Assembly (NCBI GenBank): GCA_965637545.1
Contig: OZ281499.1
Span: 10,788,001-10,852,000 of the forward strand
Length of the DNA stretch: 64,000 nt
Source of the DNA: Phallusia mammillata
Lineage: Eukaryota
Direction of reading: 5' to 3'
Both the position numbers and the translations under genes were made by a program. Each line of letters opens with the position of its first letter. The stretch's first letter is position 1. The notes under the pieces were generated by a model. It did not search any database, was not told the DNA's origin, and saw only the letters and a list, made by a program, of their open reading frames with translations. Shown here in pieces: positions 12,501-25,130 of the stretch.

Positions 12501-15500
12501 AAATACCTTTTCGGTCGAAAGTCCCAGCCTCTCTGCAACTGCAGTGATCCAACTTTCGGCAATAAACATTGCTTGTGGGGCGCCGAACCCTCGGAAAGCG
12601 GTGTTTGAAACAATGTTGGTTTTGCACACAGTCCCACGAATTAGCATATTCGGTATGCTGCAACCAATACAAGAGTTTAACACGAATATTTGACCGACAG
12701 AAAAATATGTATGTAATTATTTTTCATATTTTTTGTAAACAGTTTGGTGATAATTGTGAAAGAAAAATGGGGCGCACAAACAAGGAGTAAATATTTTGCA
12801 AGTTGGTGCGTAACTCTGCTGTGTCTTTTTCTGTTTGCGTTATCCAGTTGTTTACTCGACCAAAGTAGCACGGGTCTTTTGTTTCACCACCCAGTTTGAA
12901 CAGGTTTAAGCAGGACCCGGTTTTAACCGGTTTGAACAGGACCTGGTTTTAACCGGTTTGGACAGCACCCGGTTTAATCCGGTTTCAACTTGTTGACTTA
13001 GTAAGCGGTTGAAACCGGATATTCTCGGCCACGTTAAGTAAATCTTTGGTATCCACTGGGTTGTTTGCGCACGGGTGTAGGTGAAATAATCTGCGATGAG
13101 GCTGGCAAACATGATGCCTTCAGAATCACTTTCCAGTGGGGATATTTTAGATATGTTTACAGATGTTTTCTCATCCAAAATAAGACATAAACTATAATGT
13201 CTTGATGATGCTGAAGTTTTTCGCATCCTTACTAAACAATGTGTTAGAGTTAGACTTACCAGTAGCAGTTATCGCTATTTATCATCGCTTTGGCCATCAC
13301 ATACATGGATGAATCCTGTGTATTTCCACCATTGCTAAATAAATCTAACACTAGCGAAACCAAGCGGCCTTCTTTAGTACATCCAATCTACAGAAAACAT
13401 TCATAGCTTTTTCAATCTACAGAAAACATTCATAGCTTTTTAAAAGGCTCGGTAAAACAATAATTGCTGCACATGCAAAGTCTATAGCGTATTTCACATG
13501 CTTATGGCATTGCTTTTTTCACGAAAAAAATAAAATAATAACAAACCTTGAATGATTTCAAAAAACTCTAGTTAATATTGACTTATTAATTGCTACATTT
13601 TAAATCAGGAGTGGGGAACCTAATTAGTACCGCGGGCCGCATGAATTGTACAAAATATTCGGGCGGGCCAAATATTTTTTGTAAAAATACCCCAAGCACA
13701 CAAGTGGTTTTATGTTCCATCGCTCCAGATTTGATTTTTTCTTTGCTGTTACATGTTTGCAACTAACAAGGCATACAGGTTTATCACTAATTTCGACTAA
13801 ATAGTAATAGTTTGTCCATTCTTTCTGGAACACCCTAGCTCCATTATACCGATCTGTCTTTTTTCCAAGCATATATTTTTAAAAACAACATAAGGATCCA
13901 CGTTAAATCATCTTAAAACTAACACCACATGACACATGATTTGTTGCTGCAAGCAGAGGCAATCGAGCGACTGTTACGTCACAAATATAGCAAGTGGTTG
14001 AAAGTGTGGCAATTTTTAGAAGTTTGGCCTCATAATGTGGAATGGGGAGATTTCCAAGGAAATGTTTGTACATAAACATTTTATTGGGTAAACATAAATG
14101 CTATTCACAGGATCTGTGGATTTGCTTCTTAATTAAACATTTTATTGTTTTTTTTTCATGCTACGTTGTATACTACACTTTAACAAAATTGTGACGGGGG
14201 CCACATTAAAAAGACAAGCGGGCCACGTGCGGCCCGCGGGCCGCAGGTTCCCCACCCCTGTTTTAAATCCATCTATATTTCTCTAGGTCAAACTAATCGG
14301 AGGACTTTTTGTCACATTTTTATTATTTTTGGAGGTGAAGTAACTTTTCATAAAAAATGAGATCATTCAAAGAGTGGTTATATAGTAGGACCGAGACATA
14401 TCACCTTGTATTTTCCGAGGAAGGGGTGTCTTGTTCCTGTAATCGACATATCTTCTTGTCTGGTTAGCATGCATCTTACTGGCCTCCCACACCTGAACAA
14501 ATAATAGCAGCATCACGTGAAAATGATGTACAAGTTTATTTTTTACATATGTGATCGTGGATGATATTTAAATGAACTCAAATTCCTGTGACAAGCATGG
14601 TGAAAACGTTTTGTCGCAAACAAAAATTCTTTTTTTGGATTCTAACTTAATATTTTAAAGCAATATGTTTGAATGGTTTAATATTCTTACTTGGCAGCGG
14701 CGACAATGACGGGACTGCTAAGCAACAAAAAACGAGTAGCTTTTCCTCCAAAGCCCCCGCCAAGTCTCTTAACTCGAACCTGAACCTTGTTTTGTCCAAC
14801 TCCCAATACGGCTGATGACTACCAAATATATAATTGTGTTATGTGTTATAAAACTAAGGGGATTTTATGGATTTACTCATTATAAATGTTACAACGTGTT
14901 TCATGTCTGTAATCGATACATACTTTCGCTGTGTTTTATGCAATAACGCTAAAATATTTTAATGGTGGTAAATCAACTACCGTCTTTTGTAAAGCTTCAG
15001 GGTCTTGGTTTGAAGAGTAAACTTCCATTTCTTCGCCGTCTTTTGGGACTGCCAAGCAAACTTGCGTTTCCATGTAAAAATGCTCTTGTCCTGCAGTTCT
15101 GTATTTAAAGCAACTTGTCAGTTAAATTTGAACTGTTTGCTGAAATAGAAAACATAACAACGTTTACCTCACTTCTCCTTCTATCACTTGATCACATGAT
15201 GTCATAGTCTCCTCGGCGTTTCCCTTCACAACTTTGTGGATTGGGCTTCGAAACGATTTTTCCGAAACTGCTTCCTGTAATGTGTTCATTTATGTAGAGA
15301 AAGTTCATTTAAAATAAAATAGTAAAGTTGATCCTTAAAAAAACGATTTAGACCATGTACGCACCTAAGTTGACATGTGGTCAGTATAACAAACTCGGAG
15401 GTTTTTTGGCAAAGAGAACTATTTAAAATGTTTTATCTGTCGGATGTATTTTTTGGACAAAGCAACTACAACTAAATCCAAATGGCACTATAGCACTTGC

Positions 15501-18500
15501 TGCACAATATTATAGTATTTGAAAACGTTTCTGACCTCAATTGTGATGACGACAGGTGATATATCTTCGTAGTCGATTTTCACCAACTGAGCAGCTCTTT
15601 GCGCGCGAGCTTGAGAGTCAGCTACAACTGCTCCAATAACTTGACCGATACAGGTTACCTACAACAAACGGCATCAGATATTTTTTTGTTTTATTGAAAT
15701 TCGAAAAACATACCTTTTCCGTTGCAAACACTTCTTCCATTGCGTGGTAAATGGCAATATTGTTTGAGCCACCTACGTCACGGTGATCAACATACGTCAC
15801 AAAACCAGGTGAGGTACTTGCTAAGCTGACGTCAACCTCACGTATGAATGCGTGTGGCCGAATGCTCGTGACAAGGCAAAGATACAGCTCAGCTTTAAAC
15901 AACAAAAACTAGCACTCTTCATCTGTTTTGTTCACAAGAGTAGCTCGCAAGTCTAGGTTAATGTACTTACAGCTGCACTGTGGAATATCATCGACATAAA
16001 CAGCTTCTCCTGTGGCATGAAGTTCGCCGGCCACATGTTGAAGAGATCGCCCAACCTTATCCAATGGTGGCTGTTCTACTTTAACCTGGAAAATTAAAAG
16101 AAACGTTGAAAAATCGTGGATGTTCTCATAACAGACAATCTAGAAAAGTGGGACATTGTTTCGGCCGAATTCGAATGATAAGTTTGTGCAGAAAAACGCG
16201 CTAGTTAAATAAATACGTTGCCTTACAGTTGTCTTAAACTGCAATCAGTCATATTTGTGCACATTGTAATTGGTTAAAAACCATCTTAGGTCATAGTTTA
16301 TACATCATGACTACCTCTTGCCAAGTTTGCTTTCCTTTGAGTTGTCGATCCATATGGGCAGCTTCATGCAATGCTGACAAATCCCTTTCAGCCAACTTTT
16401 CCTGTAAATTAGCAACTAAGTTGGTTTTGTGCCAAAAAATAAAAGGGTTTCTAAAACTCACATCCATTACTCCGCGTTCGACCAGACAGTTCTTGACGTA
16501 CAGGAAGAATTTGAAAAACAAACTTGCTGCTAGAGCTTCCCTGTACTCTACCATCCCCCCTGGGGCATCCAGACTCAAAGGGAAGTCTTCACTTATCCAT
16601 TCTGCAAAGTTATCTATCAAGTCGTCGGTCCACATTCTGTAACAATCGGGAAATAAAACCGTTTAACTACATTGATTTGTTGATAAAGACGGCGAGTCCC
16701 GGTTAAAATAAATTAAAACACCAACAGATCGTCCGTTTTTTTGAAAAAAGAAAATTTTTGTTTGCATTTTTACCCAAATATGGCTTGAGTTAGTTATGTC
16801 ACAGTTTACAAACACGGTAATTATGGGTTGACGGTTTAGACTTTAGAACCTAAATTCAGAGACGTCGAATTGGCAAAAAAGTAAGTAAACTAAATTACAC
16901 AAATCCTGTTACCTTCCAATCATATTTTGCATGGTCTTTTCTGGCATAACTGAAGTAGCAGCCATTCCACCAAATGCAGCAACAAATTTGAGCACTTTGC
17001 AAGTTCCTGGATGAAAGACGACACGCATGGCTGCATTCACGATTGCAATATCGTCTTCTCGTCGCTTCGATTGCTTGTATGCTTTTATGTACTCGTCCTA
17101 CAGGCAAAAAGTTGTATCAGTATTTTGTTAAAGCAAACAAATGTAGTCAATTAAAAAGAAAGTCTACAGAATATGTTACCTTTCCATTAAACGGAAGATG
17201 TACGGAGAGCAGAACTTCGCCCTTCTCTGCACATGTCGTCCTGTATTTGGGGAAGAAACTTTGATCCATCAAAACCTGTCGATCTTTAGCACGAGAATGT
17301 AATCTGAACGTAGCAATACTTTCGTTTGCCATCAAGATTGGATTGAGATCAGAGATGGGACTTGCTGTCATTATGTTGCCTCCGATCGCCTGTTACAACA
17401 AACTCCACATTAAATTTGAGCCCTATAGAAAAATAATTGAAACAAAATTGTTTGTAGAAATAAAATAAATTCGTTATTGAGCGATGAGAGGTCGTGTTTA
17501 TTTCTCACAGCAACGTTTCTTATTTGGTCTCCAGCAAACCAGTGTAGCATTTCAATAATAGAAGCAACACATTGAGTTTCCGCAGTCGGTCGCAACTTCC
17601 TTAACGAGTCAAAACTCTCTCGGAGTTCGCTTAACGTGCAAGAAGCTCCCACGTTTACACCTGGTAACAATTTTCAGCAACACAAAAAATACAAACTTAT
17701 TAGTACCCAGCTTTTTTCTTTGCAAAAATGTTATGCTAAAAGTTAATAAACACTTCTAAATTCTGCACCAAACACATGCAAATAGCAATAAAATTGTTTA
17801 CAAAAAATGTAGTAAAATTGTTTACAAACAACTATTGTAAAACTAGAGAGAAAATACACATAAGTTTTAAGTAAAGGCATATGGTTTTGGTACACCAAAA
17901 AACTATTTAGCACTGTTTGTGTTGATTTCTTTGTATGTTTAATTTATGAAAAGTTTCCATAACTACTTTACAATTGCAATCAACAGTTAGCTTTTAGAAT
18001 TGCCTTTACTTAAACAATAAAATAAAGCCGTCTCAAACTTGATTCCGCTCCAATCTTTTGTTTTACACATTTAACTTTTTTTGTAATTGTTGTACAACCG
18101 AGCACCTCCGCCAAAACGCGGCGACAAGGGAAAAATATTTAATTCATTGTTATGCATAGTACCAAAAAACTGATACCAAATGCCTGGGGTTTGTTACATA
18201 TTTCATATATTCTGAGTTTATCAACCACATAAAGTATTTTCACAACTTTTTGAGATAAGCGTTGAGCGGAAAATAAGTTTTAGACGCGCCATGAGGTACT
18301 ACTGGAACTTTTAGTTCGAACCGTTTTTATCCATTTGGATGCTTCTGAGTTCATCAACGGCTGATGGTGAAATCATCACCGGATAAAGTCGACCTTTGAC
18401 CCCTGTTTCAACCCCGACCTCTGTGTTACCGTTCACCAGTTGTGCATCCGGGTATTTCCCCTTTAACTCAACGAGGTGTTCCAGCAAAATTGGTCGAAAC

Positions 18501-20580
18501 CACGTGACCCGCTCCCCGGTAAACTTAAGCGCCTCAATATGTTGGGATTTTCCTTTCATCTAAAAAGTTTGACATTAAAAATGCGTTTAAATCATTGTTT
18601 TCATTTGCACGCGGCTCACCTCTGTTCCGAAGTTATTAAATTAAAAAAATATTTTTACATTGTGATTACTTATGCGATTGGTCATTTTATAGTTTTCAGA
18701 AAGAGTTAATCCAGAAGTGAAAAATCCAGCAACTTTTGTATCTGAATTTTCGTCTAACTTTACCAAAACCCAAGTTTTTAGTATACTTATGTGCAATTGT
18801 CTTTAGTTCCTTGCATTTCGATTAATGATAATTTATAAAGCGACCTACCAATAACTCTGGTGGAAAAATGATTTGCTGAGTTGGGTCGTATTTGGTGAAG
18901 CAGATTTCAGTGGAAACACCTTTACCGTTTACCACATCCTCACCATTTAACCCGTTTGTGAATCCTAACAGACAAAGATGTCGTTATACGTATGTATACT
19001 TTACTACCGTCTATTAACATGTTGACCAACAAAACAGCAATATTTGTAAATAACGTTATTACATATACGAGTTTAATCCATAACCGCCAATAGAACAATC
19101 TAAAACTCAACTAAAATACTTGTTAGACTTATGTCGGTGTTTTGGTAACTATATTTATGGTGATGGTTCACGGGGCATTGCAGTGGTAGCTCGCGAAGCA
19201 CAAAGTAAAAATGTTAATAATTTCTGTGCAAATCGTGTAGCTTCTCTTGCATTAGCAAACAACATCGCAGATCGACAGCTATTCCATTTGGGACAAAAAC
19301 TCCACATAAGTGATCAAAGACATCACAAACATGCAATTTTTAATATGTATTAGCAAACCGTTGTAAATACCATTATCCGTCGCAGCGTTTTTGCAGCAGT
19401 TTTGTCCCCGTGGACATCCCGCGCACGGGTCCGTAAAAGTGTTGAACGCTGAAAAACGAAAAACATGTTTATCTCTTGACCATTTAATAGGTTGTTTTGT
19501 CAGCGGTGCGAAGAACCGATGACATGTAAGAGTGGATAAGAGTCTGTTAAGAGGCTTTGGGGGAGTGACAGATTCGCTTGTTTGCATTAGAGGTTTACTA
19601 GAGCGCACACAAATATTTGGCATGAAGCGGCCATTTTTTTCTCTTTTGGTCAATTAAAGTGGGGTAATTTTGTTTGAATAACGCTTTTAGAAACTACACA
19701 AAACCTTTGTTTTCATGCTTTACAACCGGCGCTTTCCCAAATCTTGACATTCGGTATTATAACTTATATATATTCCCCTTGACCTACTTTACGCACTTCA
19801 TACGGTTAACACTTACCACTCAGTATTGGTCGGTATCCGGTGCAGCGACACAAGTTTCCTTGCAAACATCCCTCGATATCTTCAGCACTGGGCACTGTTT
19901 TGTTGCGTAACAATGCATACATTGACATCACGATGCCAGGGGTGCAAAAACCACATTGAGATCCGTGAAATTTAGCCAGACGCTCCTGTAATTTTACGAG
20001 AATGAAAGTATTTCATTAGCTTTCACTAGCCAGATTTGTTAACCTGAACTGCATGTAACTTGGTCTTGGTGCTGCCGATTCCCTCTACTGTAGTAACAGC
20101 ACAACCATGTACTGAAACCACTGGAGCTAAACACGCGTTTGCCGAGTAATGTCTGCAATATGAAAGATTTAAATGTTAGTAAAACTATTATAGTTGCACA
20201 GAACGTTAAAATAACATACATGATTTTGCTGTTGATGTGATCCCACTTTGAGATCATAACAGTGCAAGCTCCACATCCTCCTTCCCCACATCCCAACTTG
20301 GATCCAGTAAGAAAAACTATGAATAATATACTAATAAAAAAACAGTACTTTGTGCGACCACAGGAACACTTACGTTTTGTTCTCAAGTAAGTCAGAAGAG
20401 TTATTTCCGGATCTGCTTGTTTTTCAATAACCTGCCGGAAAATATACGCATAGATTTGATTACATATCACAAATTACACACTAAGGTTACGTTTACCTTT
20501 TTGCCATTGACATAAAATTCCAACACATTATTTTCTTTGAGCGTCTTGTCACCCGAGCAGATGCTAACGGCGGCAGGCAT
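9533..20580 (-). CDS. Xanthine dehydrogenase/aldehyde oxidase family paralogue A (30 exons, 1361 aa)
   Basis: Exons (minus): 20497-20580, 20374-20431, 20220-20316, 20044-20152, 19817-19985, 19371-19448, 18849-18964, 18322-18559, 17509-17660, 17180-17389, 16913-17097, 16462-16636, 16315-16401, 15971-16085, 15714-15892, 15536-15658, 15168-15274, 14981-15098, 14691-14818, 14405-14492, 13260-13387, 12507-12657, 11997-12151, 11615-11780, 11371-11499, 11017-11144, 10428-10620, 10096-10284, 9833-10000, 9533-9595 (4086 nt, open). Motifs: 2Fe-2S ([24 protein letters not shown]); FAD domain ([22 protein letters not shown]); Moco domain ([31 protein letters not shown]). Confidence 0.95.
12911..12988. 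repeat. Three copies of a 26-nt tandem repeat with ACCGGT/CCGG palindromic cores
   Basis: CAGGACCCGGTTTTAACCGGTTTGAA / CAGGACCTGGTTTTAACCGGTTTGGA / CAGCACCCGGTTTAATCCGGTTTCAA, in an XDH-A intron. Probably TE subterminal repeats. Confidence 0.8.
13384..13441. repeat. Perfect 29-nt tandem duplication covering the XDH-A exon 21 splice acceptor
   Basis: CAATCTACAGAAAACATTCATAGCTTTTT occurs twice (13384-13412 and 13413-13441). Confidence 0.9.
13606..14260 (-). mobile_element. Internally deleted Charlie/Buster hAT transposon retaining a transposase N-terminal remnant
   Basis: TIRs CAGGAGTGGGGAACC / GGTTCCCCACCCCTG (14/15); perfect TSD TTTTAAAT. ORF 13624-13872 encodes [39 protein letters not shown], like the Charlie/SPIN/GTF2IRD2 zinc-finger region. 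Confidence 0.88.
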
Positions 20581-22084
20581 TTTGGTAAAACTATAAGTGC
20601 GCCTGAAAAATTGACAGGTCTGAAAAGTACTATGCTTACCATAAAAAAACCAATGCTAAAGTTACGACACTGCTTCAACTTTGTCTGTGCCACTTCGTTA
20701 AAAGCGAAATGGTTACTGACCGCACAGTCTGCCCACAACTAAAAGAGTCACCTTTGTCAAAGAAGGGGCCCTATCAGAAAAAAGCGGGACGCTGCAGGCC
20801 AATCATCGTAATTCAAATGCCTTCAGGCAAAACAATTGGTGCTAAACAGAAAACCACAAAACAAAGGGAACAAAAATCTGCAATAGTGCATGACAGTACA
20901 AAATCAGAAAGACCGGTCAAAACAATGTAAGTTTTACAAAAAGATAGGATAGTGGACGCAAAACATATTTCGTCGCAGTATGATACAAAACATTTAGTAT
21001 AGATTTACTACAATAACACACACTCCAATCAACACTGCGACAAAACGCGTTGTTTACTTTGCGAATGTACGCATATGTCTTTAATGTTGATTTTGGCACT
21101 ATCCGCGTTGCATTCACTTTAATTTGCAGAAATCTTTGCTGGTTCAATCTTTGCAATCTTTCCTTTTCTTATCTTGCTACTAAATAGACAAACACTTGGT
21201 GACCACACGCAGTTACTTTTGGTCGTGCAATTTCTTTTCATTTTTGAAGAGTGGCAAATATACTATTGAATTGAAATCCATTTTGTCATCCGAAAATATT
21301 TGATCAGAAACCTAAAATGTTTGCTGTAGCTCTTGGTTTCAACCCGGTGGTGAAAATATTTGAAAATCAGGGTAATTTTGTAACACTAGCGGACTGTTTC
21401 AGAATCTGTGTAGCAAAGTGAATTTTGTATTTTTGTGTGTTTTTCATTTTTGCGGCACATCAGACACGTCAAGGCAATTTTGTCTTTCCTTTAAAGTCTA
21501 GCGACCTTAGATGTTGCGTTTTCTAAAACCATCCGCCCAACACACGCAATCGTAAAACTGTTTCCTGTAGCCGCCTTCGTTGTACAATAATTATTATTTT
21601 TGTTTCGGAGCGACACTATACCTTCGCCCCGAGTTACAACAACGCGTTTTCAGTTGACTATATATTTGCGTTTGCTAATCCAAAATCTCGAAACCGATCT
21701 CAAACTTGTCTCAGAACTGAACTCAGACTACGCGCTTTATACGCTGAGACCTAGACTTGCACGTGTAGCGGTCATGATATTAATGTGCACAAAGTTTATG
21801 TTTAACGTTAGCATGTTGTTTGCAATAATGTTGCACAGCATGTAGGGGAAGTGTTTAAGGTTCGCAAATATTAGACAACGACGGCGCAGCCCGGAGTGCA
21901 AAGGCAAGGCCAATAGCACCCGTTAATGGCGTGTAGCCAAGTTTTGCCGAATTTTTAACCTCTTTTTAACTGGATGCAAGTGTTGGTATTTCCGTTCTCA
22001 TGCAAGTCATAAGATGTTTTGATTCATTTTGTTATTCTAGAATGTTCTGCACAAACATAAGGTGTTTGTTCATCATTACGCATA

Positions 22085-22440
22085 CTTCCTCTTGTTTATA
22101 CAGTCGTTTCCGTTTCAAGTTTAAAGTAGAACACAGCCGCTCGTACTTGAGAAGAAGCATAGCAGCTCAGTCGAGGGCGCTATGACTTTATAAATTGCAC
22201 CTTTGCCATAAAATGAATTCTATAACTTAAAGGAAAAAAGGTTTCACGCAATAGCCAATATTTTGCTCTACTATATATAGCTTATTTTCGACTTTGTCGC
22301 CGGTGAATTCTGGGTCTATTCTTAGACTATTTTTAGTCATCCGGTAGTCTATTTTCTTCTATTTTTCTCCCTTTGGGGAAGTGGAAGCTGATTTAATCGT
22401 CCGCCTTTGAAACGTTTACTCAAGAATACAAGGAAAGAAG
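22085..22440. repeat. Dispersed repeat, copy 1; copy 2 is at about 26113-26415
   Basis: Colinear blocks ACTTCCTC..TGTTTATAC.GTCGTTTCCG, ACACAGCCGCTCGTAC, GAGGGCGCTATGACTTTATAAA and GCCTTTGAAACGTTTA are shared in the same orientation, roughly 75-80% identical by eye. Confidence 0.75.
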
Positions 22441-23539
22441 AGACACCCTGTGTGGCTGTTAATCAGAAGCTGTTATTGAGATACAAAGATCAGACTCACC
22501 AAACAATTTGCAATGAACATCATAGTTTACACTGTAGCCGCCTTTCACAAGTCGCCATCGAGGCAGGCATGCCTACACACGTTACTAAACGAAGTTATCA
22601 CCAACGTAATACCGGTACGTTTGTTGCCACTTTACATATTTGTTTAATACACCTTGTTTTACGTTCTAGTTGTTATTAGTCAGATGAGTTTTTAATTTTG
22701 TGGAGTCAGATAGCGCACTTTCCATCTTAATTTTTACGATGCATAACACTGCATATACTCGCAAATAACCCCTTTTTGCAACATCTGTGAAGTTTGCGCG
22801 CTGGTAAAGGATGACCTGATATCTAATTTACCTGCGGAGTTCAGTCCAAGATAATCAAATGTTTGTACTTGTCAACATCAAAAAGGGATGTGTTGCTCCC
22901 TCTTGGAAGACATTTTGTGCTGTCGCGCGAATGTACTGACTATAAGCCGGTGGTACTAAACGCGTTTCAGGCCATCGATTTGAGTACCACTGGACGGCCG
23001 GCCCAATTTAAAGTATGTCGTAAACAATTTTATTTTCGACTTTTAAGTAAGCAAACATAACAAGCATTTTGACTCGATATTAGCCATTTTTGTGACAAAA
23101 ATTTTGTGACTTAACAGTTTTGACACATAACAAATCTAACCACTTTTCTACAATAAAAATGAAGCCATTTCAATTTATCACGAAGTACAGTAGACGTCCA
23201 GTGGACCAACCGAAACATCATCATTGACCACCAGTTGGATTGAGCATGTATTTACAATGATTTTCTTCAGATTTTCCTTGAGTCACCTGATCCGGAAACC
23301 ACTTTAATGCAGCATATTTAAACAATATCCTTATACGATCCAATTCCAATCAATCCTTTACCGAGAATTATTACGTACAAAGGTACTTATCTATTGCATT
23401 GTGTCTCATATCTTAAACAGGTTTGTTATTCAACGAATCTCCCGCAGACAATAGAATGTAAAAAAGAAAGATTCTTGCTTCTGATCGGTTGAATATAAGA
23501 CTGTTTCATAACAAAGCAGGTAAAAAGCATCAATCATTT

Positions 23540-24190
23540 CTGTAAATAACAGAAATATATATTTCGCCTTAAATAAGCAGACATCGTCAGTTTGTGAAAA
23601 AGCAAACACGTGGTGGACTGTTGATATAAGGTGGTAAAAATTAAAATAGTTAAACCACCTATAAAATTTGTATCTCTACATTAAACAACTGCGAAGCACT
23701 GAAGCAAACCACGACCAGCGAGTGACAACAAGCGACACGATAAAAAACAAGAAAAAGGAGACGTAATACAACCGATAAGCCATGAAAAAACACACACGTA
23801 GAAAAGTAATCTACCCTAAGGCGATCAAAAATAAGATAAAGGGCGTAGAAACAAACAATGAGCAAAGACCTAACGCGCGGTAGAATCGTTTTTTAAATGT
23901 TAATTTCCGCCTTGGTTTTGTTTAGCCATTTGTCCTCATAAATATCCAAAATATTGACTGCAGGCATTTGTACAAAAACGACATAAAAACGCAGGTGGAT
24001 TTGCGGTTTGCTCTTTAGTATCGCATTATGGTTTTCCGCATAGTGACGCAGTAGCGCAGCTCGGTCGTTGTTTGCCGAGCAGTCGAACGTTTTAGTTGCG
24101 CGATGTCTATTCCACCGTGTGGAATACTTGGTCTTGGTTTGACCGACATACTGCTTACCACACTTGTGTCTCATAAGTCAGAATAAGTAA
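23540..24190 (-). mobile_element. 3' fragment of a Penelope-like element: GIY-YIG endonuclease C-terminus, 3' UTR and hammerhead
   Basis: ORF 23893-24174 (CGKQYVGQTKTKYSTRWNRHR...EDKWLNKTKAEINI) is the YIG half of a GIY-YIG domain. A hammerhead motif lies about 300 nt downstream. Confidence 0.7.
23550..23596 (-). ncRNA. Minimal type I hammerhead ribozyme
   Basis: CACAAA-CUGACGA-U-GUCU(GCUUAUUUA)AGGC-GAAA-UAUA-UA-UUUCUG. Intact core, stem II of 4 bp with one GU pair, palindromic stem III AUAUAU, stem I 5/6 paired. Confidence 0.7.
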
Positions 24191-24677
24191 GCTTGCTGCA
24201 GAGAAGTGTTTATTATTAACAAAAAATATGCTCTCAGATTTATGTTGTTTGCTGTTATCCTGCATTATTTTCTAATTCGGTTTTTGCGGTTCCTTACACA
24301 CTTGAGTGTCCCGTTAAAAAGGTGATCCTTTAATTCCTTTCTTGGGCAACAGAGGAAGCGATTGCACAATTATTTTATTGTTTTAGTATTGTTTGTGTAG
24401 TAATAAATTATTAAGTTATTCCCACCAAAGAGTATTAAAAACATGAGTGGAACCTCTGACGTAACAATAGACTTTTTGGGTTTTTCGTTTGTCCTGCGTC
24501 ACGGTTAAGTGCATAGAACTTTGTCAGCATTTTGCTTGTAGTTTGCTATATATAGCAAACTCAACTATAGTTGAGTGCGCAAAAGCGGCAAAACGAGCCA
24601 TATGTGTTTGTGACTACATCACATGTTTCGAATTTTGTGCCAAAGGCAGAAAAAAAAAACGCTCATAGCAGTATGGT

Positions 24678-25130
24678 CATCACAGTACGCCAGGACCATT
24701 GAAGGCGCTATACCGAATCAGCAGGGCACCAAGCATTCACCACCATATGGCAAGGCGTAGGCTAGAAAAATCTAGCCTGCGGTGGGATTCGAACCCACGA
24801 CTGCAGTCTTTCCGGGACTCGCGCTCTACCAACTGAGCTACACAGGCTCAGTGGAGAATCAGCCGAAAGTCGAATCACAAGCACCGTTGCCTGTCTCGTA
24901 TGCTGCACATGTCAGCTTCGTAGTAGGGGATCGCCAGATTGACCAGTATCAGTTAAGATGAACATAAATTCATAACTGGGATCAGCCCTGAAGCGTCTAT
25001 GCAGACAGCGATCACGGCACACTCATATATAAATCACAGTACGCCAGGGCCATTGAAGGCGCTATACCGAATCAGCCGGTCACCAAGCATTCACCACCAT
25101 ATGGCAAGGCGTAGGCTAGAAAAATCTAGC
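24678..25130 (-). mobile_element. TSD-flanked tRNA-related retroposed cassette: body, spacer, tRNA-like head, body
   Basis: About 95-nt direct repeats (roughly 24679-24775 and 25034-25130) enclose a spacer and the tRNA-like unit. The flanking duplication TAGCAGTATGGT is at 24666-24677 and 25127-25138. Confidence 0.75.
24774..24847 (-). tRNA. tRNA-like sequence (SINE head or pseudo-tRNA); probably not a translating tRNA
   Basis: Acceptor stem GCCTGTG/CGCAGGC; D-arm GCTC-AGTTGGTA-GAGC (A box); T-arm GTGGG-TTCGAAT-CCCAC (B box). The anticodon arm has one extra nt and a loop CCGGAAA lacking U33. A T5 run follows 3 nt downstream. Confidence 0.6.

Noticed and set aside
12906-13226. 106-aa minus-strand ORF in an XDH-A intron ([11 protein letters not shown] superficially like the residue-880 helix)
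   Set aside because: The true exon is 13260-13387. This ORF runs into the 26-nt tandem repeat and has no recognisable domain.
24774-24847. Functional tRNA-Ser(GGA) or tRNA-Pro(CGG) gene
   Set aside because: Extra base in the anticodon arm, no U33, no long variable arm for Ser, and embedded in a TSD-flanked repeat.
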